From: an uncultured delta proteobacterium | Lineage (GTDB): Bacteria > Myxococcota > UBA727 > VGSZ01 | NCBI GenBank assembly: GCA_963775425.1 | Contig: CAVZJB010000005.1 | Location: forward strand, 640,001 to 704,000 | Direction of reading: 5' to 3' | Length of the DNA: 64,000 bases | Part shown: in pieces, positions 60,432 to 64,000 of the stretch | Layout: every line of letters starts with the position of its first letter | Position numbering within the stretch: the stretch's first letter is position 1 | Notes under the pieces: model-generated | Told to the model about the DNA's origin: nothing | The model's database searches: none | What the model saw: only the letters and a program-made list of their open reading frames with translations | Program-made: the position numbers and the translations under genes

Positions 60432-62312
60432 ATGTTCGCGGTTTCCCTGGTCTTCGCCCTCGCCCCCGCCGTCTCCGCGGGCGCCCCCGTGGTGGAGGCG
60501 GCGCCGAACATCTACGGCCAGACCGGTGTGGTGCGCACCACCAGCGCCGAGACGCGCGGAGACATGGCGTTCGCCCTCGGCGCCCAGGGCTTCGGCGCGT
60601 ACCAACACGACTTCATCGTGGGCGGCAAGGACGACGACAACGTCCTCCTCGGCGGAAACGTCTTCCTCTCGGGCGCCTTCTTCGACCTGCTCGAGGTCTC
60701 CGTGGCCTCGCGCGCGGGCAGCGACGCCAACTCCAAGCTCGCGCCGGCGCAGTTCTCCGTCGGTGACCTCTACCTGTCGCTCAAGGGCGGCTACCCCCTC
60801 GGCCCGGTCGCCGTCGGCGCCGACGTTCGCGCGCTCTTGCCCACGAGCATCGACAGCGCCGGCTTCGACTTCGGCAACTTCGGGGTCACCGCCCAGGGCC
60901 TCGTCACCGCCGACCTGCACCGCTCCATGGACATCCCGCTGCGCGCGCACCTGAACGCGGGCTTCGTCTACCAGCAGGGCAACCAGCGCGGCGGCACCAA
61001 CTTCTTCGAGGAAAACCCCAACTTCTACTCGGGCGTGCAGGGGCAGCTCACCGCGCTCGCCGCCGATCAGTGGTTCTACCATCAGGTCATCGCCGGCCTC
61101 TCCGTCGAGGCGCCGCTGCCGTACGCCACCCCGTTCCTCGAGACCTGGTACCAGACCGCCATCGAGGTGAACGACAACCGTGGCGCCAAGGGGAAGCCCT
61201 ACGACTTCCTGAACGACGCGCACCTCACGGTCACGCCGGGCGCGCGCTTCACCGTCGGCGGCGGCATCACCTTCGACGTCGCCGTCGACATCGGCCTCAC
61301 CGGCGGCGGCAAGGGCGGCACGGACGTGAACGAGCTGGTGTCGGGCCAGCCCATCAACCCGCTGTGGACCGCGCGCGCGGGCCTCACCTACACGTTCGAT
61401 CCCGTGCACGGCGGCGCCGTGGTCGCCGGCCCCGCGGGCGGCGGGTCGTCCTCGACGGGACAGGTGAAGGGCTGCGTCACCGACCAGCGCAACAACCCCA
61501 TCCCCGACGCCATCGTCACCGGCGACGCCCTCGCCGGCGCCCGCATCGCCACCGACCAGTCCGGCTGCTTCCTCACGCCGCCCGTGGCCACCGGCGACGT
61601 GCAGCTCACGGTGGAGAAGGAGGGCTTCGAGCACACGACGCTGTCGACGTCGGTCGGCCGGGGCGAGGTCGCCGAGGCCAACGCACAGCTCAAGGCCACC
61701 GAGGGCCCGCAGGTGGTTCGCTCGGGTGGGGTGGCGCGCATCGTCGGCTGGGTGACCAACAAGGACGACGAGACCATCGAGGCCGACCTCGAGCTGTGGG
61801 ACGGCACGGGCGTGAAGCCCGCCGGCAAGTCCGTGGGCGGCGCCTTCGACCTGCAGGCGCAGGCGGGCAGCGTCATCGTCGTGGCCAAGGCCGACGGGTA
61901 CCTCGCGCAGGGGGCCGCCGTCGTCGTCGACGCGGGCGGACACGGGCGCGCGAGCATCGTGTTGAAGAAGGCGGGCAAGTCCAAGAAGGCCGCGCTCTCC
62001 CACGACAAGATCACCGTCAAGGGCAAGGTGCCGTTCCAGTTCAAGAAGCCGCGGCTGCAGTCCACCTCGGAGTACGTCCTCGACGACGTCGTCGACGTGA
62101 TGCTCAGAAACCCGGCGCTCAAGGTGCGCATCGACGACTACGCGGAGCCCCTCGGCTCGCCCGAGGCGAGCCAGAAGCTCGCCGACGAGCGCGCCGCCGC
62201 CGTCGCCGACTACCTGATCCAGCACGGCGTGTGGCCGGCGCGGCTCTCCACCAAGGGCGTCGCCGCGGCGAGCGCGCGGAACCGCCGGGTGGACTTCGTG
62301 GTCCTACCCTGA
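60432..62312 (+). CDS. OM protein: beta-barrel + carboxypeptidase-regulatory-like domains + OmpA C-terminal domain
   Basis: Signal peptide, amphipathic strands, GCVTD..PIPDA.V, LADERAAAVADYL..NRRVDF. Confidence 0.85.
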   Translation: MFAVSLVFALAPAVSAGAPVVEAAPNIYGQTGVVRTTSAETRGDMAFALGAQGFGAYQHDFIVGGKDDDNVLLGGNVFLSGAFFDLLEVSVASRAGSDANSKLAPAQFSVGDLYLSLKGGYPLGPVAVGADVRALLPTSIDSAGFDFGNFGVTAQGLVTADLHRSMDIPLRAHLNAGFVYQQGNQRGGTNFFEENPNFYSGVQGQLTALAADQWFYHQVIAGLSVEAPLPYATPFLETWYQTAIEVNDNRGAKGKPYDFLNDAHLTVTPGARFTVGGGITFDVAVDIGLTGGGKGGTDVNELVSGQPINPLWTARAGLTYTFDPVHGGAVVAGPAGGGSSSTGQVKGCVTDQRNNPIPDAIVTGDALAGARIATDQSGCFLTPPVATGDVQLTVEKEGFEHTTLSTSVGRGEVAEANAQLKATEGPQVVRSGGVARIVGWVTNKDDETIEADLELWDGTGVKPAGKSVGGAFDLQAQAGSVIVVAKADGYLAQGAAVVVDAGGHGRASIVLKKAGKSKKAALSHDKITVKGKVPFQFKKPRLQSTSEYVLDDVVDVMLRNPALKVRIDDYAEPLGSPEASQKLADERAAAVADYLIQHGVWPARLSTKGVAAASARNRRVDFVVLP

Positions 62313-62409
62313 CCCACAGCGGCGCCAGATCGCGCCCGGCGGCTCGTGCGTTCCCCGGGGATCAGGCGCCGCCGCCGTCTGCGTCGTAGTCTCAGCGCGA
62401 GAGGAGCCC

Positions 62410-64000
62410 ATGCCGCCGTCCCCAGAACGCACCGTGATGTTCCAGTTGCCGAGCGTCCTTTCCGGGACGGTCGCGTGCATCGCCGGCACCGTGGCGGGGC
62501 GGTCGTGGGATTCTGTCGGCGGGCACCTTCGTCATCGGGCGCGTCGAGGGCAGCGACCTGCACCTGCCGAGCGAGCCCGGCGTCTCCAAGACGCACGCGA
62601 AGATCGTCGCCGAGGGCGAGAGCTACGTCCTCGTCGATTGCGAAAGCAGGAACGGGACCATCGTCAACGGCGTGCCCGTGCAGCGGCAGGTGCTCGAGGA
62701 CGGCGACGAGATCCGCATCTGCGGCTGCGTGCTGCGCTTCGCGCAGCGGTCGGCGGCGGGCGCCGGCGGCACCAAGGTCCGCAACATCGATCAGCCGACC
62801 GACGACTCGAAGCGCACGCCGGGCGTCGACGGCGGCCACGACGCGCCGCCGCCACAGGACTCCGATCGTCCGCCGGCGGCGATGGATCTGTCGCCGCCGC
62901 CGCAGCAGCACCCGCCGCGCAACCGCGTGCTGGCCATGTGGTACGCGGGCGGCCTCGTCGGCTCGTTGCTGTTCGGCGGCGCGCTCGCGGCCGTGATGGT
63001 GCTGCGCGCGACGCCCGCCGACGCCGCCGTGGCCTCCGCCGCCGACGTCGCGGCCGGGGCCGCGCACGACGGCGCCGCGGCCAGGGGCGCGCATGCCGAC
63101 GGCGCCGCGGACAAGCCCGCGGCCGACGATGCGGCCCCCCCCGGCGCCGAGGGCGGGAAGGCCGGCGACGGGAAGGCCGGCGACGCCGCTGCCGCCGACG
63201 CCGCGGGTGACGACGCCAACGGTGACGACGCGAAGGCCGGCGACGCGGAGGCCGGCGACGCCAAGGACGGCGACGCGAAGGCCGGCGACGCGAAGGCCGG
63301 CGACGCGAAGGCCGGCGACGCGAAGGCCGGCGACGCCAACGTGGCCGCGGTGGCCGCGGCCGAGAAGGACGTGCCCAACGACGACGTGGACGCGGCGCCG
63401 GACGCCGCCGACAAGGCGCCCGAGCGCCACCACGCCCGCCGCCACAGCAGCCGCTCGTCGGCGTCGAGCGCGTCGTCGTCGTCGTCGTCGTCGGACGACG
63501 GGGACGGCCGCGCCTACGGCGCCACCGTCGACGGCGGCCACAGCGAGAGCCTGCGGACCAAGAGCGGTGGCCAGGTCAAGAGCGTCGAGGCCAAAAACGG
63601 TGACGACGTCAAGAAGGGCCAGGTGCTCGTCAGCTTCGACGCCGGCGACAACGCCAACGCCGTCGCCACGCTGCGCGATCGCATCGCGTCGCTCGAGGGC
63701 GTCGACGATGACGACGCGCGCCGCGACCTCGCCGCCGCCAAGGAGAAGCTCTCGGCGCTGCAAGGCAAGGCGGGCGGGCCCATCGTCGCGGGCATGTCCG
63801 GCAAGCTCACGGGCTTCACGGTGGCCGAGGGCGCGGTGCTCAAGCCCGGCGAGACCGTCGGGCGCATCGTCGAGGGTGAGGCCTCCAAGCGCGTGCGCGT
63901 CAGCGTTCCCCGCAGCGCACACGTCCGCCGCGGGCAGGACGCCACGCTGGTGCTGAAGCACGGCGGCGAAGGGGCGGGCAAGGTCGCGAGCGTCAGCGGG
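62410..64000 (+). CDS. FHA - TM - acidic linker - lipoyl/hairpin (MFP-like) fusion; +1 frameshift near 62512; 3'-partial
   Basis: GAGGAG RBS before ATG 62410; from 62513 the frame is open to the window end: FVIGR..GVSKTHA..SRNGTIVNG, TM, DAKAG repeats, GQVKSVEAKNGDDVKKGQVLV..helices..SGKLTGFTVAEGAVLKPGETV. Confidence 0.8.
63227..63331 (+). repeat. 15-bp tandem repeat x7 encoding DAKAG-type pentapeptides
   Basis: gacgcgaaggccggc units with two variant copies. Confidence 0.9.

Overview
High-GC bacterial chromosome segment, most consistent with a Myxococcota (inferred from the AglRQS-like stator genes, Hanks kinase/FHA proteins and a Wzp-Wza-Wzc export module). Left arm (1-18.2 kb): FG-GAP protein, membrane Ser/Thr kinase plus FHA protein, ECF sigma/anti-sigma, RlmD-like methylase, moaED, fabD-fabG-acpP-fabF, a GT4 and an ExbB/ExbD/ExbD trio. 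Centre (18.8-55.1 kb): a large surface-glycan locus, visibly richer in A/T at third codon positions. It encodes an OM beta-barrel, Wza, Wzc, a NusG-family antiterminator, cysD/cysNC with a heparan-sulfate-type sulfotransferase and a PglK-like ABC flippase (no Wzx seen). It also carries nonulosonic (legionaminic-type) acid genes, a candidate nonulosonyl transferase, a TagF-like enzyme, methyltransferases, GT4s, a Wzy-like protein and a pglA/C/D/E/F-like block. A convergent O-antigen-ligase-TPR gene, a nucleotidyltransferase, an RCC1 lipoprotein and a DUF4838-like protein follow. Right arm: hydrolase, heme-binding protein, CPBP protease, dusB, a plant/chlamydial-type fabI, an OmpA-family OMP and an unusual FHA-TM-linker-lipoyl/MFP-like fusion that the ORF track missed. 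Two patches of dense frameshifts (18.8-19.85 kb, 45.9-47.55 kb) look like assembly errors. No rRNA, tRNA, CRISPR array or integrase/transposase was seen. All family calls come from motif recognition by eye, not database searches.
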